A stretch of DNA of 64,000 bases, taken from an uncultured Desulfospira sp. (GTDB lineage: Bacteria > Desulfobacterota > Desulfobacteria > Desulfobacterales > Desulfobacteraceae). The DNA is taken from positions 5,728,001 to 5,792,000 of the forward strand of contig OY760175.1 of NCBI GenBank assembly GCA_963663165.1, in the 5' to 3' direction. Every line of letters begins with the position of its first letter. The first letter of the stretch is position 1. Positions 18,360-27,514 of this stretch are shown here, piece by piece. Under the pieces are notes generated by a model that worked only from the letters and a program-made list of their open reading frames with translations, made no database searches and was not told where the DNA came from. Made by a program: the position numbers and the translations under genes.

Positions 18360-19745
18360 ATGGAAATAGAACATATATTGGACAGGTTGTCCCAGGGGAC
18401 AACGGAAATTATTCTTGAAAGCATTTCCGACGGGGTGTTTACCGTGGACCATGAATGGAAGATCCTGTCCTTTAACCGGGCGGCTGAAAAGATTACCGGA
18501 ATTTCCAGGGAGGACGCCATCGGCAGCTTCTGCTGGAATGTGTTCCGGTCCAATATGTGTGAGGACCGGTGCGCCTTGAAAAAAGCCATGGAAGAGGGGC
18601 GGTCCTGTTACTGCACGTCCACCTATATTATTAACGCGGACAAAGAAAAAATCCCCACCACAGTGGCCACAGCCCCGTTAAAGGACCGGAACGGCAATAT
18701 CATCGGCGGCGTGGAAACTTTCAGGGACCACAGCCTGGTCGAAGGATTGAGAAAAAAACTGTTCAACGGGTTTTGCCTCGGGGATATGATCAGCCGCAGT
18801 GCGGCCATGGGCAAGATTTTCAAGATTCTGCCCCAGATCGCCCAGAGCGATTCCACGGTCCTGATCACCGGCGAGACCGGAACGGGAAAAGGGCTTCTGG
18901 CAAAGGCCATTCATGATTTGAGCTTAAGGAAAGGCCATCCGTTTGTGGAAATCAACTGCGGGGCGTTCCCGGATACCCTTCTGGAATCTGAGCTTTTCGG
19001 CTACAAGGCCGGGGCCTTTACCCATGCGGTCAAAACCAAGCCCGGCCAGTTTTCCCTTGCCGATAAAGGGACCATTCTCTTAGATGAAATCGGAGACACC
19101 AGCCCGTCATTTCAGATCAAGCTGCTCAGGGTCTTAGAAGAAAAATCCTTTCTGCCTTTGGGGGCTGTTAAAAAAGAACATGTGAATGTCCGGATTATTG
19201 CCGCCACCAACAAGGATATCAACCGGATGGTGGATAAGAACAGCTTCCGGCAGGATCTGTTTTACCGGATCAACGTGGTCCAGCTCAGACTGCCGCCCCT
19301 GCGGGAAAGAATGGAGGACATCCCGGCGCTTGTGGATCATTTTATTAAAAATTTAAACCGGATCCGGGGCACCTCGGTGACCGGCATCAGCCGGTCTGCC
19401 TTAGAGTTTCTCATGGCCCATGATTACCCGGGGAACATCAGAGAACTTGAAAATATCGTGGAGCATGCCTTTGTCCTGTGTACCCGAGGAGAGATCCTTC
19501 CCGAACACCTTCCCCACCATATCAGCAGTGAAACCGAACCCTTTGAAACGGAACCCGGTTTTGAAAAGTTCCCCTTAAAGGCAGCTGAAATAAAGGTCAT
19601 TAAAACCTACCTGAAAAAACACAACTATGACCGGAAGGCCACGGCCAAAGCCTTGGGCATCCATAAAAGCACCCTGTTTCGGAAGATCAATAAGCTCGGG
19701 ATCACGCTGCCCGCCATTGACGGCCGGTTCAGGAAGAGGGGGTAG
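18360..19745 (+). CDS. PAS-domain sigma54-dependent activator, OrpR-like with Cys-containing PAS
   Basis: ESISDGVFTVD PAS with C-x8-C-x3-C (CWNVFRSNMCEDRC), GETGTGK, GAFTHA, HTH; adjacent NifX-like gene. Confidence 0.85.
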   Translation: MEIEHILDRLSQGTTEIILESISDGVFTVDHEWKILSFNRAAEKITGISREDAIGSFCWNVFRSNMCEDRCALKKAMEEGRSCYCTSTYIINADKEKIPTTVATAPLKDRNGNIIGGVETFRDHSLVEGLRKKLFNGFCLGDMISRSAAMGKIFKILPQIAQSDSTVLITGETGTGKGLLAKAIHDLSLRKGHPFVEINCGAFPDTLLESELFGYKAGAFTHAVKTKPGQFSLADKGTILLDEIGDTSPSFQIKLLRVLEEKSFLPLGAVKKEHVNVRIIAATNKDINRMVDKNSFRQDLFYRINVVQLRLPPLRERMEDIPALVDHFIKNLNRIRGTSVTGISRSALEFLMAHDYPGNIRELENIVEHAFVLCTRGEILPEHLPHHISSETEPFETEPGFEKFPLKAAEIKVIKTYLKKHNYDRKATAKALGIHKSTLFRKINKLGITLPAIDGRFRKRG

Positions 19746-19750
19746 TGGCC

Positions 19751-19766
19751 TGGCATGTTCTTTGCT
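19751..19766 (+). promoter_or_regulatory. Sigma54 promoter
   Basis: TGGCAT-GTTCT-TTGCT about 60 bp upstream of the NifX-like gene. Confidence 0.8.
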
Positions 19767-19826
19767 CTAAAATATAGATGAGATCCCGGAATCCACAAAG
19801 TTCGACAGGCAAAGGAGCAATTATCA

Positions 19827-20186
19827 ATGAAACTGGCCGTGACCGTCTGGGAGCAAAGAGTTTCTCCGGTTTTTGATTCGGCCCGGACTCTTTTGGTTGC
19901 CCAGGTTAAACACCAAAAAATTCAAAGTGTTTTCTACCATCCCTTTAACCCCCGGCAGGAGGCAGGGGGGCCGGCAGGGGAACTGTCTGAATTGGGTATA
20001 GAGGTGCTGATTTGCGGCGCTATCTCACAAAATGATGCCTTTTTGATTGAGGCCGCCAACATCCGGCTGATCCCGTTTATCGCCGGTGATGCAGACCGGA
20101 TTCTGGAGCTATACGCCGGCGGCAGGCCCATTATTCCCCGGTTTTTAATGCCGGGATGCAAAGAAAACCGGCCAAGTGTTTTATAG
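19827..20186 (+). CDS. NifB/NifX (dinitrogenase FeMo-cofactor-binding fold) family protein
   Basis: RVSPVFD, VLICGAIS, FLMPGC; RBS AAAGGAG. Confidence 0.8.
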   Translation: MKLAVTVWEQRVSPVFDSARTLLVAQVKHQKIQSVFYHPFNPRQEAGGPAGELSELGIEVLICGAISQNDAFLIEAANIRLIPFIAGDADRILELYAGGRPIIPRFLMPGCKENRPSVL

Positions 20187-20187
20187 G

Positions 20188-20226
20188 GTTGCAATATTGC
20201 ATTTTACATGTGGGCAATATTGCGTT
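20188..20226. promoter_or_regulatory. Tandem palindromic enhancer-like sites GCAATATTGC x2
   Basis: Perfect palindromes at 20191-20200 and 20214-20223, about 100 bp upstream of a sigma54 promoter. Confidence 0.6.
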
Positions 20227-20319
20227 ATTCTTTGAGTTGCCCGGGGCAGGGGTCATTTTTCATAAAATTTTTGGCCTGTATTTTAGGACCTTACAATAAG
20301 TGGTGCAATTGGATGGCTC

Positions 20320-20335
20320 CGGCATGAAGTTTGCT
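20320..20335 (+). promoter_or_regulatory. Sigma54 promoter for the kinase-hdr operon
   Basis: CGGCAT-GAAGT-TTGCT (GG-N10-GC). Confidence 0.7.
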
Positions 20336-20469
20336 CTTTACTTGTTGTTAAGGCTTAATTAAGGTAACAAAGTGTTTGCCATTTTGGCGACCGGCTTCTC
20401 CTGTTCCTGTTCTTAACATCGGCGAAAGCTGCAGCCGGACCATCGTAAGATGAGCATATAGGAGGTCTG

Positions 20470-22038
20470 ATGGCCCTTCCGGTAAGCTGGAAAATTTTGC
20501 TCATAGATGATGAAAAAGATATCCGGGAAATTATCGGCATTACCCTGGAAGATGCCGGATATACGGTTGTCTATGCCCCTGACGGCCATACCGGCCTTAT
20601 GCTGGCGGCCCGGGAAAACCCCCAGATCGTGATCACGGACATCAAGATGCCCGGCCTGAACGGCCTGGAAGTCCTTGAAAAAATAAAAAAGCTCAAGCCG
20701 GAAACCGAAGTTATCGTCACCACAGGGTACGGCGATGTTGAAAAGGCGGTGACCGCCCTTCAATACGATGCCTCGGATTTTATTTCCAAACCCATTGAGG
20801 ACAAGACCCTTCACATGGCCCTGAAACGGGCCAAACAGCGGTATCTGGACAGAAAACAACTCTCGGACTACACCCTTTTACTGGAAAATGAAAACCTGAA
20901 AACCAGTGCCGAGCTGGTTAAAAATGTGGAATTTCAAAGCAGCCTGATTGAAAATTCCATGGACGGCATCCTTGGATGCGACCACCAGGATCTGGTGATT
21001 ACCTATAACCGTTCCATGGAAAACCTGCTCGGATACCCAAAGACCGAAGTTTTAAAGAAAAGGAAGATCCAGGAGCTCTTTGCCCCGGATGCGGTTTCCC
21101 GCCTGAAACAGGATCTTGCCGGCAAAGGCTTTGGGGGGATCAATAAGCTGACCTTTTATGAAACCGCCATGCTGTCACAGCATAAGGAAGAGATCCCGGT
21201 CCAGCTGTCCGGGTTTATTTTAAGGCCGGACAACATGGAAGACGTCATGGTTCTCTTTGTGGCTGATCTTCGCCAGGTCAGGAACCTGGAACAGGAAAAA
21301 GCGGACCAGGCCCGGATGCTTCACCAGGAAAAGATGATTTCCTTGGGACGGCTTGCCGCCTCCATTGTTCATGAGATCAACAATCCCCTGTCCGGGATAT
21401 TAAATTATATCCGGTTGATGATTAAAAAGCTGGGAAGGGAAATTGAAAACGGCGAAGGATCTGAAGAATCGGAAAAATTCAAGTCCTACCTGACCATTGT
21501 AGAATCCGAAACCCAGCGGTGTTCGGACCTGGTTTCCGGGCTACTCAAATTTTCCCGGAAGACCACCCTGGAAAAAAAGAAGATTGACGTCAATGAGCTT
21601 GTGGACCACAGCCTGATGCTGTGCAACCACAAGCTCGAACTGAGCAACATTGTGCTTAAAAAAAAGTACGCCCCGGGCACTTCTCATGTGTTTGGCGATT
21701 TCAACCAGTTGGAACAATGCATCATCAACCTGATTTTCAATGCCATCGACGCCATGGAAAAGGGCGGTATCCTGGTGGTGAAAACCGGGTTCCTCAAACA
21801 GGAAAACCTGGTTTTTATTTCCGTTAAAGACAATGGCAAAGGCATCCCAAAACAGGAACTCAACTTTATATTTGAGCCTTTTTTCACCACCAAAAAGGAA
21901 GGGCACGGTGTGGGCTTAGGCCTGTCCACGGCCTACGGCATCGTGGAAAACCATAAAGGAACCATTGTGGTGGAGTCCATTGAGGACCTGGGCTCGGAGT
22001 TTATGATTAAGTTGCCGCCCGAAAGGGAAATAGGCTGA
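20470..22038 (+). CDS. Cytoplasmic hybrid histidine kinase (REC-PAS-HisKA-HATPase)
   Basis: ILLIDDE...TDIKMP...SKP; ENSMDGI PAS; IVHEINNPL; GVGLGL. Confidence 0.92.
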   Translation: MALPVSWKILLIDDEKDIREIIGITLEDAGYTVVYAPDGHTGLMLAARENPQIVITDIKMPGLNGLEVLEKIKKLKPETEVIVTTGYGDVEKAVTALQYDASDFISKPIEDKTLHMALKRAKQRYLDRKQLSDYTLLLENENLKTSAELVKNVEFQSSLIENSMDGILGCDHQDLVITYNRSMENLLGYPKTEVLKKRKIQELFAPDAVSRLKQDLAGKGFGGINKLTFYETAMLSQHKEEIPVQLSGFILRPDNMEDVMVLFVADLRQVRNLEQEKADQARMLHQEKMISLGRLAASIVHEINNPLSGILNYIRLMIKKLGREIENGEGSEESEKFKSYLTIVESETQRCSDLVSGLLKFSRKTTLEKKKIDVNELVDHSLMLCNHKLELSNIVLKKKYAPGTSHVFGDFNQLEQCIINLIFNAIDAMEKGGILVVKTGFLKQENLVFISVKDNGKGIPKQELNFIFEPFFTTKKEGHGVGLGLSTAYGIVENHKGTIVVESIEDLGSEFMIKLPPEREIG

Positions 22039-22098
22039 AGACTGAAGGTGTGGAGAGTATTGATATACTTCAGCCTTCAGCCTAAACCCCTTCAGCCT
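22031..22098. repeat. Heptamer palindromic element (GCTGAAG/CTTCAGC family)
   Basis: TAGGCTGAAGACTGAAG ... CTTCAGCCTTCAGCCTA. Confidence 0.75.
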
Positions 22099-22121
22099 CA
22101 CAACCAACATGGGAGGACTGT

Positions 22122-25100
22122 ATGACCCAAGCACGACCAGAACCAGACCGTTCACACCCACCCCAGCTCAAGATCGGCTTTTACATCTGCCACTGCGGGG
22201 TGAACATTGCCGGCAAGGTGGATGTGGAAAACGTCAGGGATTATGTGGCAACCCTTGAAGGGGTCCATGTGTCAAGGGATTACAAGTTCATGTGTTCCGA
22301 GCCGGGCCAGGCCATGATTGAAAAAGACATCAAAGAACAGGGCCTTAACCGGGTGGTGGTGGCCTCCTGTTCGCCAAGGCTCCATGGCAAGACTTTTATG
22401 GAGGCCTGCCGGCGGGCCGGGCTCAATCCCTATTACTTTCAGATGGCCTCTGTCCGGGAGCAGGTATCCTGGGTCACGGCTGATGAAATTGTGGCCACCA
22501 CCAAGGCCAGGCACCTGGCCCACGCGGCGGTGGACCGGGTCAAATACCATGCCAGCCTGACCACCAAAACCAGCGGGGTCAATCCCAACGTGGTGGTGAT
22601 CGGCGGCGGGATCGCCGGCATGCAGGCGGCCATTGATATCGGCAACTCAGGCCATAAGGTTTTTCTCATTGAAAAGGACACCACCATTGGCGGCCACATG
22701 CTCCAGTTTGACAAAACCTTTCCCACCCTGGACTGTGCCGCCTGTATCGGGACCCCCAAGATGGTGGAGGTGGGCCAGAACCCCAACATTGAACTGCTCA
22801 GCTTCAGTGAAGTGACGGATGTATCCGGGTTTATCGGCAATTTTACCGTCACGGTCAAACGCAACCCCCGGTATGTGAGAGAAGACCTGTGTACGGGATG
22901 CGGGGAGTGCGCCAAGGCCTGTCCCGTATCTATTCCCAATTCATGGGATCTGGGCATGGCCGACCGGAAAGCCACCGGCCGGGCCTTCCCCCAGGCCATT
23001 CCCATTACCTTTAATATTGAAAAAAAGGATCGGGCCCCCTGTCAGGAGACCTGTCCGGCCGGTATCAATGTCCAGGGGTATATCCAGCTGATCAAGCTTA
23101 AAAAATTTGACCTGGCTGCCAAAATGGTCATGGAACGGGCCCCCTTTCCCGGGGTTCTGGGCCGGGTCTGTCCCCACCCCTGTGAAAGCCAGTGCCGCAG
23201 AAGCCAGGTGGACCAGCCGGTGGCCATCCGGGAACTCAAGCGGTTTGCCGCAGACCTGGGGTTCCCAGGACCCGAAGATATTCCCAAAATTCTGGACCGG
23301 GACGAGAAAGTCGCTGTTATCGGTGCCGGCCCCTGCGGGCTGACCGCCGCTTATTTTCTGCGCTTAAAGGGGTACCGGGTCACGGTGTATGAAAAATTGC
23401 CCGTCCCCGGCGGCATGCTCAAGACCGGGATTCCTTCCTACCGCCTGCCCGACAAGGTACTGGACCAGGAGATCAACCATATCCTGGATCACGGGGTAAC
23501 CCTGGTCACGGGCAAGGCCTTTGGCACGGATATTACTTATGACGGCCTGGTCAGTGACGGGTTTTCTGCGCTGTTTTTAAGTGCCGGGGCCCATGTATCC
23601 CTGACCTTAGGGCTTGCTGGAGAAACCGACACCCCGGGGGTGATGGATGCGGTCTCTTTTTTAAGGGATGTGAACCTGGGGAATCATACGGATCTGGGCG
23701 CTAAAGTGGTGGTGATCGGCGGGGGCAACGTGGCCGTTGACGCGGCAAGGTGTGCCCGGCGGATCAAAGATGCCGCCGTGACCATCCTTTACCGGAGAAC
23801 CCGGGATGAAATGCCCGCCTATGCCGAGGAAATTGAGGGGGCCATAGAAGAGCGTGTTGAACTTGAGCCCCTGACCACACCCATCGGCATTAAATCTGAA
23901 AACGGCCGGGTTACCGGGCTGCAATGTGTTAAAAACAAGCTTGGCGAGCCTGATGCCTCGGGCCGGCGCCGGCCGGTGATCATTGAAGGCTCTGAATTTG
24001 TAATCCCCTGTGACACTATTATTCCGGCCATTGGCCAGCAGACCGACTTTTCCTGGGCCGACACCATCCCCGGATTTGAGGTTACCCGGAACAACCGGGC
24101 CAAGGTAGACCCTGAAACCCTCCAGACCACGGTGGATAATCTGTTTGCCGGAGGGGATATGGTAACCGGGCCTGCCACGGTCATTGAGGCCATTGCCCAG
24201 GGCCGCCGGGCGGCTTTGGGAATAGATGCCTTTATTAACAAGCGGCTTGGGCAAAAAAGCGAAGCATCCGGGGCAGATCAGGACAGGATAGACCACGCTG
24301 CACCGGACTGGGCAGACATCCCGGAAGATACGAAGGTCCAGGATCGGGCCCACGGAAAATGGGCGGCCCCGGATTCAAGGGTCCGGTCTTTTGCGGAGGT
24401 GGAATCGGGCCTGACCCGGGACCAGGCCGTAACAGAGGCCGAGCGCTGCCTGAACTGCGGGGTCTGCTGCGAGTGTATGGAATGCGTCCGGGTCTGCGAA
24501 GCCGGGGCCGTGGATCACTTCATGGAAGAGGAGGTCCTTACCCTCCAGGCCGGCTCCATTATCCTGGCCACGGGATACGATACCATGGATCCGGCCTTGA
24601 GCAAGCCGTTTGGGTATGGGAAATTCCCCAATGTTTTTTCAGCCCTTGAATTTGAGCGGCTGTCCAATGCCACCGGCCCCACAGGGGGTAAAATTCTCAT
24701 GCGCGATGAAACGGGCGGTTTTACCAAACCACCGGACAGCGTGGCCATTGTCCACTGCGTGGGCTCAAGGGATGTGAACCACCACCTGTATTGTTCCAGG
24801 GTCTGCTGCATGTATGCCTTAAAATATACCCATCTGATCAAGGAAAAGGTGGGCCACGATACAAAGGTTTATGATTTTTATATTGATATGCGCTGCTTCG
24901 GGGAAGGGTATGAGGAGTTTTATCAGCGGTGCCAGGAGGAGGGCACCATCTTTATCCGGGGCAAGGTGGCATCGGTTACAGATCATGCCGTATCCCCCGA
25001 AGAAAAGGGCAAGCTCATTGCCCTGGCCGAGGATACCCTGTTGGGGGAACCGGTCCGGGTGCCTGTGGACATGGTGATTTTGTGTACGGCCATCCAGGCC

Positions 25101-25556
25101 CGGGAAGATGCCCCGGACATTGGCAGGATTTTAGGGGTGAACCAGGGCGCAGACGGGTTTTTCTTAGAAGAACACCCCAAGCTCGGCCCCTTGAACACGG
25201 CATCTGAAGGCGTGTTCCTGGCCGGGTGCTGCCAGAAACCCATGGATATCCCGGACACGGTTTCCCAGGCGTCGGGGGCGGCGGCCAAGGCCCTGTCCTT
25301 AGCGACCCGGGGCGTGGTGGAAATCGCCCCCACCATTTCCCATATTGACCCGGATATCTGCATCGGGTGCAAAACCTGTATCGGGCTTTGCCCCTATTCC
25401 GCTATTGAATTTGATGAACGGCGCGGCGTGTCCGTGGTCAATGAGGCCGTGTGCAAGGGATGCGGCTCCTGCTCCGGGGTCTGTCCGTCCGGGGCTGCCG
25501 CCAGCCGCCATTTTACACCCAGACAGATTTTTGCAGAAATAGGAGGGATTCTTTAA
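22122..25556 (+). CDS. hdrA: HdrA/HdrL-type flavoprotein with an inserted GltD-like NAD(P)-binding module
   Basis: GFYICHCG, VASCSP, GGGIAG, DKTFPTLDC, CVGSRD, CSRVCCMY; insert PCQETCPAG...GRVCPHPCE...GAGPCG...GGGNVA; ferredoxin motifs. Confidence 0.9.
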   Translation: MTQARPEPDRSHPPQLKIGFYICHCGVNIAGKVDVENVRDYVATLEGVHVSRDYKFMCSEPGQAMIEKDIKEQGLNRVVVASCSPRLHGKTFMEACRRAGLNPYYFQMASVREQVSWVTADEIVATTKARHLAHAAVDRVKYHASLTTKTSGVNPNVVVIGGGIAGMQAAIDIGNSGHKVFLIEKDTTIGGHMLQFDKTFPTLDCAACIGTPKMVEVGQNPNIELLSFSEVTDVSGFIGNFTVTVKRNPRYVREDLCTGCGECAKACPVSIPNSWDLGMADRKATGRAFPQAIPITFNIEKKDRAPCQETCPAGINVQGYIQLIKLKKFDLAAKMVMERAPFPGVLGRVCPHPCESQCRRSQVDQPVAIRELKRFAADLGFPGPEDIPKILDRDEKVAVIGAGPCGLTAAYFLRLKGYRVTVYEKLPVPGGMLKTGIPSYRLPDKVLDQEINHILDHGVTLVTGKAFGTDITYDGLVSDGFSALFLSAGAHVSLTLGLAGETDTPGVMDAVSFLRDVNLGNHTDLGAKVVVIGGGNVAVDAARCARRIKDAAVTILYRRTRDEMPAYAEEIEGAIEERVELEPLTTPIGIKSENGRVTGLQCVKNKLGEPDASGRRRPVIIEGSEFVIPCDTIIPAIGQQTDFSWADTIPGFEVTRNNRAKVDPETLQTTVDNLFAGGDMVTGPATVIEAIAQGRRAALGIDAFINKRLGQKSEASGADQDRIDHAAPDWADIPEDTKVQDRAHGKWAAPDSRVRSFAEVESGLTRDQAVTEAERCLNCGVCCECMECVRVCEAGAVDHFMEEEVLTLQAGSIILATGYDTMDPALSKPFGYGKFPNVFSALEFERLSNATGPTGGKILMRDETGGFTKPPDSVAIVHCVGSRDVNHHLYCSRVCCMYALKYTHLIKEKVGHDTKVYDFYIDMRCFGEGYEEFYQRCQEEGTIFIRGKVASVTDHAVSPEEKGKLIALAEDTLLGEPVRVPVDMVILCTAIQAREDAPDIGRILGVNQGADGFFLEEHPKLGPLNTASEGVFLAGCCQKPMDIPDTVSQASGAAAKALSLATRGVVEIAPTISHIDPDICIGCKTCIGLCPYSAIEFDERRGVSVVNEAVCKGCGSCSGVCPSGAAASRHFTPRQIFAEIGGIL

Positions 25557-26017
25557 TGAATGTCCAAGCGAACACCCAGGCCGTTGAACCGTCTTCTGAA
25601 CCGCCGGTATCCGCCTCAAATTCAGAACCGGTGATCATTGCCTTTGTCTGCAACTGGTGTACCTACACGGCCGCAGACCTGGCCGGCACCTCCCGCCTGA
25701 CCTATCCGGAAAATATCCGTCTGATCCGGGTCATGTGTACGGGCATGGTGGACCCCCAGTATGTGATCAAGGCCTTTCTGGAAGGGGCGGATGCGGTCCT
25801 GGTCTCCGGATGCCATCCCGGGGACTGCCACTATATCAACGGCAATTACAAGGCAAGAAGACGGATTCACATGCTCAAAACCATTCTGCCCCGGTTCGGC
25901 ATCGACACCAGACGGCTGCGGTTAACCTGGATCGGGGCCAGTGACGGGATTGAGTTTGCACATGTGATGACTCAGTTTAAGGATCAGGTGGTGGAGATGA
26001 TGAAAGCGGGAGAGTGA
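25556..26017 (+). CDS. mvhD: MvhD/FlxD-type [2Fe-2S] subunit
   Basis: FVCNWCTY, RVMCTG, GCHPGDCHY; TAATG overlap with the upstream gene. Confidence 0.9.
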   Translation: MNVQANTQAVEPSSEPPVSASNSEPVIIAFVCNWCTYTAADLAGTSRLTYPENIRLIRVMCTGMVDPQYVIKAFLEGADAVLVSGCHPGDCHYINGNYKARRRIHMLKTILPRFGIDTRRLRLTWIGASDGIEFAHVMTQFKDQVVEMMKAGE

Positions 26018-26018
26018 A

Positions 26019-26100
26019 CAGGCGGGCAGGTGGGAAAGTGGGCAGGTGGGAAAGTGGGCAGGTGAGAAAGTGGGCTGGTGGGAAAGTGAGCGGGTGAGAA
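26019..26100. repeat. Octamer tandem repeat (GTGGGAAA/GTGAGAAA/GTGGGCAG family)
   Basis: About 10 degenerate 8-mers; family recurs near 16366, 27338, 35986, 49066, 55886 and 57617. Confidence 0.85.
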
Positions 26101-26150
26101 CATCGGGGGCTTTCAAGTTTTAGCCTGAAAATCTTAACCGGGAGGTTAGA

Positions 26151-27305
26151 ATGAAAGATCGTGTGGGCCTTATTGAACCGGAAGAGAACAGTATCGTTGG
26201 CGGGATTCGGGTTTTTTTTAAGGGGCTGCTGGAAAAAAAGATAGTGGATGCGCTGTTTTTGCCCATGGGCAGGGGAAAGGCCGGGGTGGTGATGCCGGCT
26301 TTGGTGACGGATCCGGGGCGACTGGACCGGGCGGAGCCGTTTTCTCCGTGCTTCCCTTTGAATTCGGGCCGGATGGCCTCCCGGATATCCTGGCGAAAGT
26401 CGGGCCGGAAAACGGCTGTTCTGTTAAGGCCTTGCGAACACCGGGCCTTTGTGGAGCTGGTCAAGCTCAAACAGGGCAGCCGGGACGAACTGATCCTGAT
26501 AGGGACCGACTGCCCCGGTGCCCTTTCATGGAAAGATGTTGACGGGTATCTGGCCGGGGGGGCATGGGATTCCGATGCCTTTGTGAAACAGGTGTTTGGC
26601 GGCAACCCGTCACCTTTTGAGGCGGATTTGAACGGATCTGGATTCAGCATGGCCTGTCAAACCTGTGAGCATTGCTTCCCTGAGAATACGGATATCAACC
26701 TGGTCCTTCACGGGGCAGATCTGGGTGCCGGTATCCTGGCCGAGGCGGTCACGGAAAAGGGCCAAACCGTTCTTGAGGCCATGACGCTGCCTAAGGCGGC
26801 ACTGCCGGACAACCGGGATGATTTAAAAGAGCAGATCCTGGCCGGTTCAGCCTCGGCCAATCAGGCCATGCTTGAAGGGATTGAGGCCAAAACCAATACC
26901 ATGGAAAAGCTTGAAACTTTCTTTGACCGGTGCATCAACTGTTATAACTGCCGGAACATGTGCCCGGTCTGTTATTGCCGGGAGTGTGTGTTCAACACCG
27001 ATGTCTTTGTCTATCAGCCGGTTCAGTACCTTCAATGGGCCGAGAACAAGGGCTGTGTAAAATTGCCCACGGACACGTTGTTTTACCACCTCACCCGCAT
27101 GGCCCATATGAGCCATGCCTGTGTGGGCTGCGGCCAGTGTTCCAATGCCTGTCCTTCGGATATCCCCGTGTTTGAGCTGTTCAAGAGCGTTGCGGCATTG
27201 ACCCAGGACGCCTTTGAGTACCGGCCCGGCATGGATGAGGACCAGGCCCCGCCCCTGGCCGTCTTCAGGGAGAAGGAGCTGGAGGAGGTTGTGGGGATTT
27301 CTTAA
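26151..27305 (+). CDS. FdhB/FrhB-like Fe-S protein with 4Fe-4S dicluster
   Basis: LRPCE, IGTDC, CINCYNCRNMCPVCYCREC, CVGCGQCSNACP. Confidence 0.8.
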   Translation: MKDRVGLIEPEENSIVGGIRVFFKGLLEKKIVDALFLPMGRGKAGVVMPALVTDPGRLDRAEPFSPCFPLNSGRMASRISWRKSGRKTAVLLRPCEHRAFVELVKLKQGSRDELILIGTDCPGALSWKDVDGYLAGGAWDSDAFVKQVFGGNPSPFEADLNGSGFSMACQTCEHCFPENTDINLVLHGADLGAGILAEAVTEKGQTVLEAMTLPKAALPDNRDDLKEQILAGSASANQAMLEGIEAKTNTMEKLETFFDRCINCYNCRNMCPVCYCRECVFNTDVFVYQPVQYLQWAENKGCVKLPTDTLFYHLTRMAHMSHACVGCGQCSNACPSDIPVFELFKSVAALTQDAFEYRPGMDEDQAPPLAVFREKELEEVVGIS

Positions 27306-27306
27306 A

Positions 27307-27495
27307 TAGGCTGAAGGTGGATAGGCTGAAGGCTGAAGGTGGGCAGGTGAGAAAGTGAGAAAGTGAGAAAGTGAGCAGGTGGGAAAGTGAGAATGCCAGA
27401 TTGTTGGTCGGGACTGAAGGTTGGAGATAAATCAGATGAAGGATGTGAGCCTCCGGGGCTGGCACACTTCAGTCTAAACCCCTTCAGCCTAAAAA
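27307..27495. repeat. Composite heptamer and octamer repeat block
   Basis: GCTGAAG repeats, GTGAGAAA repeats and a CTTCAGC inverse arm. Confidence 0.75.
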
Positions 27496-27514
27496 CCTAA
27501 ACCGGGAGGTTGGT

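Noticed and set aside
25556..26017. Selenocysteine recoding in MvhD/HdrA
   Set aside because: The relevant positions are Cys codons and the frames have no internal TGA.
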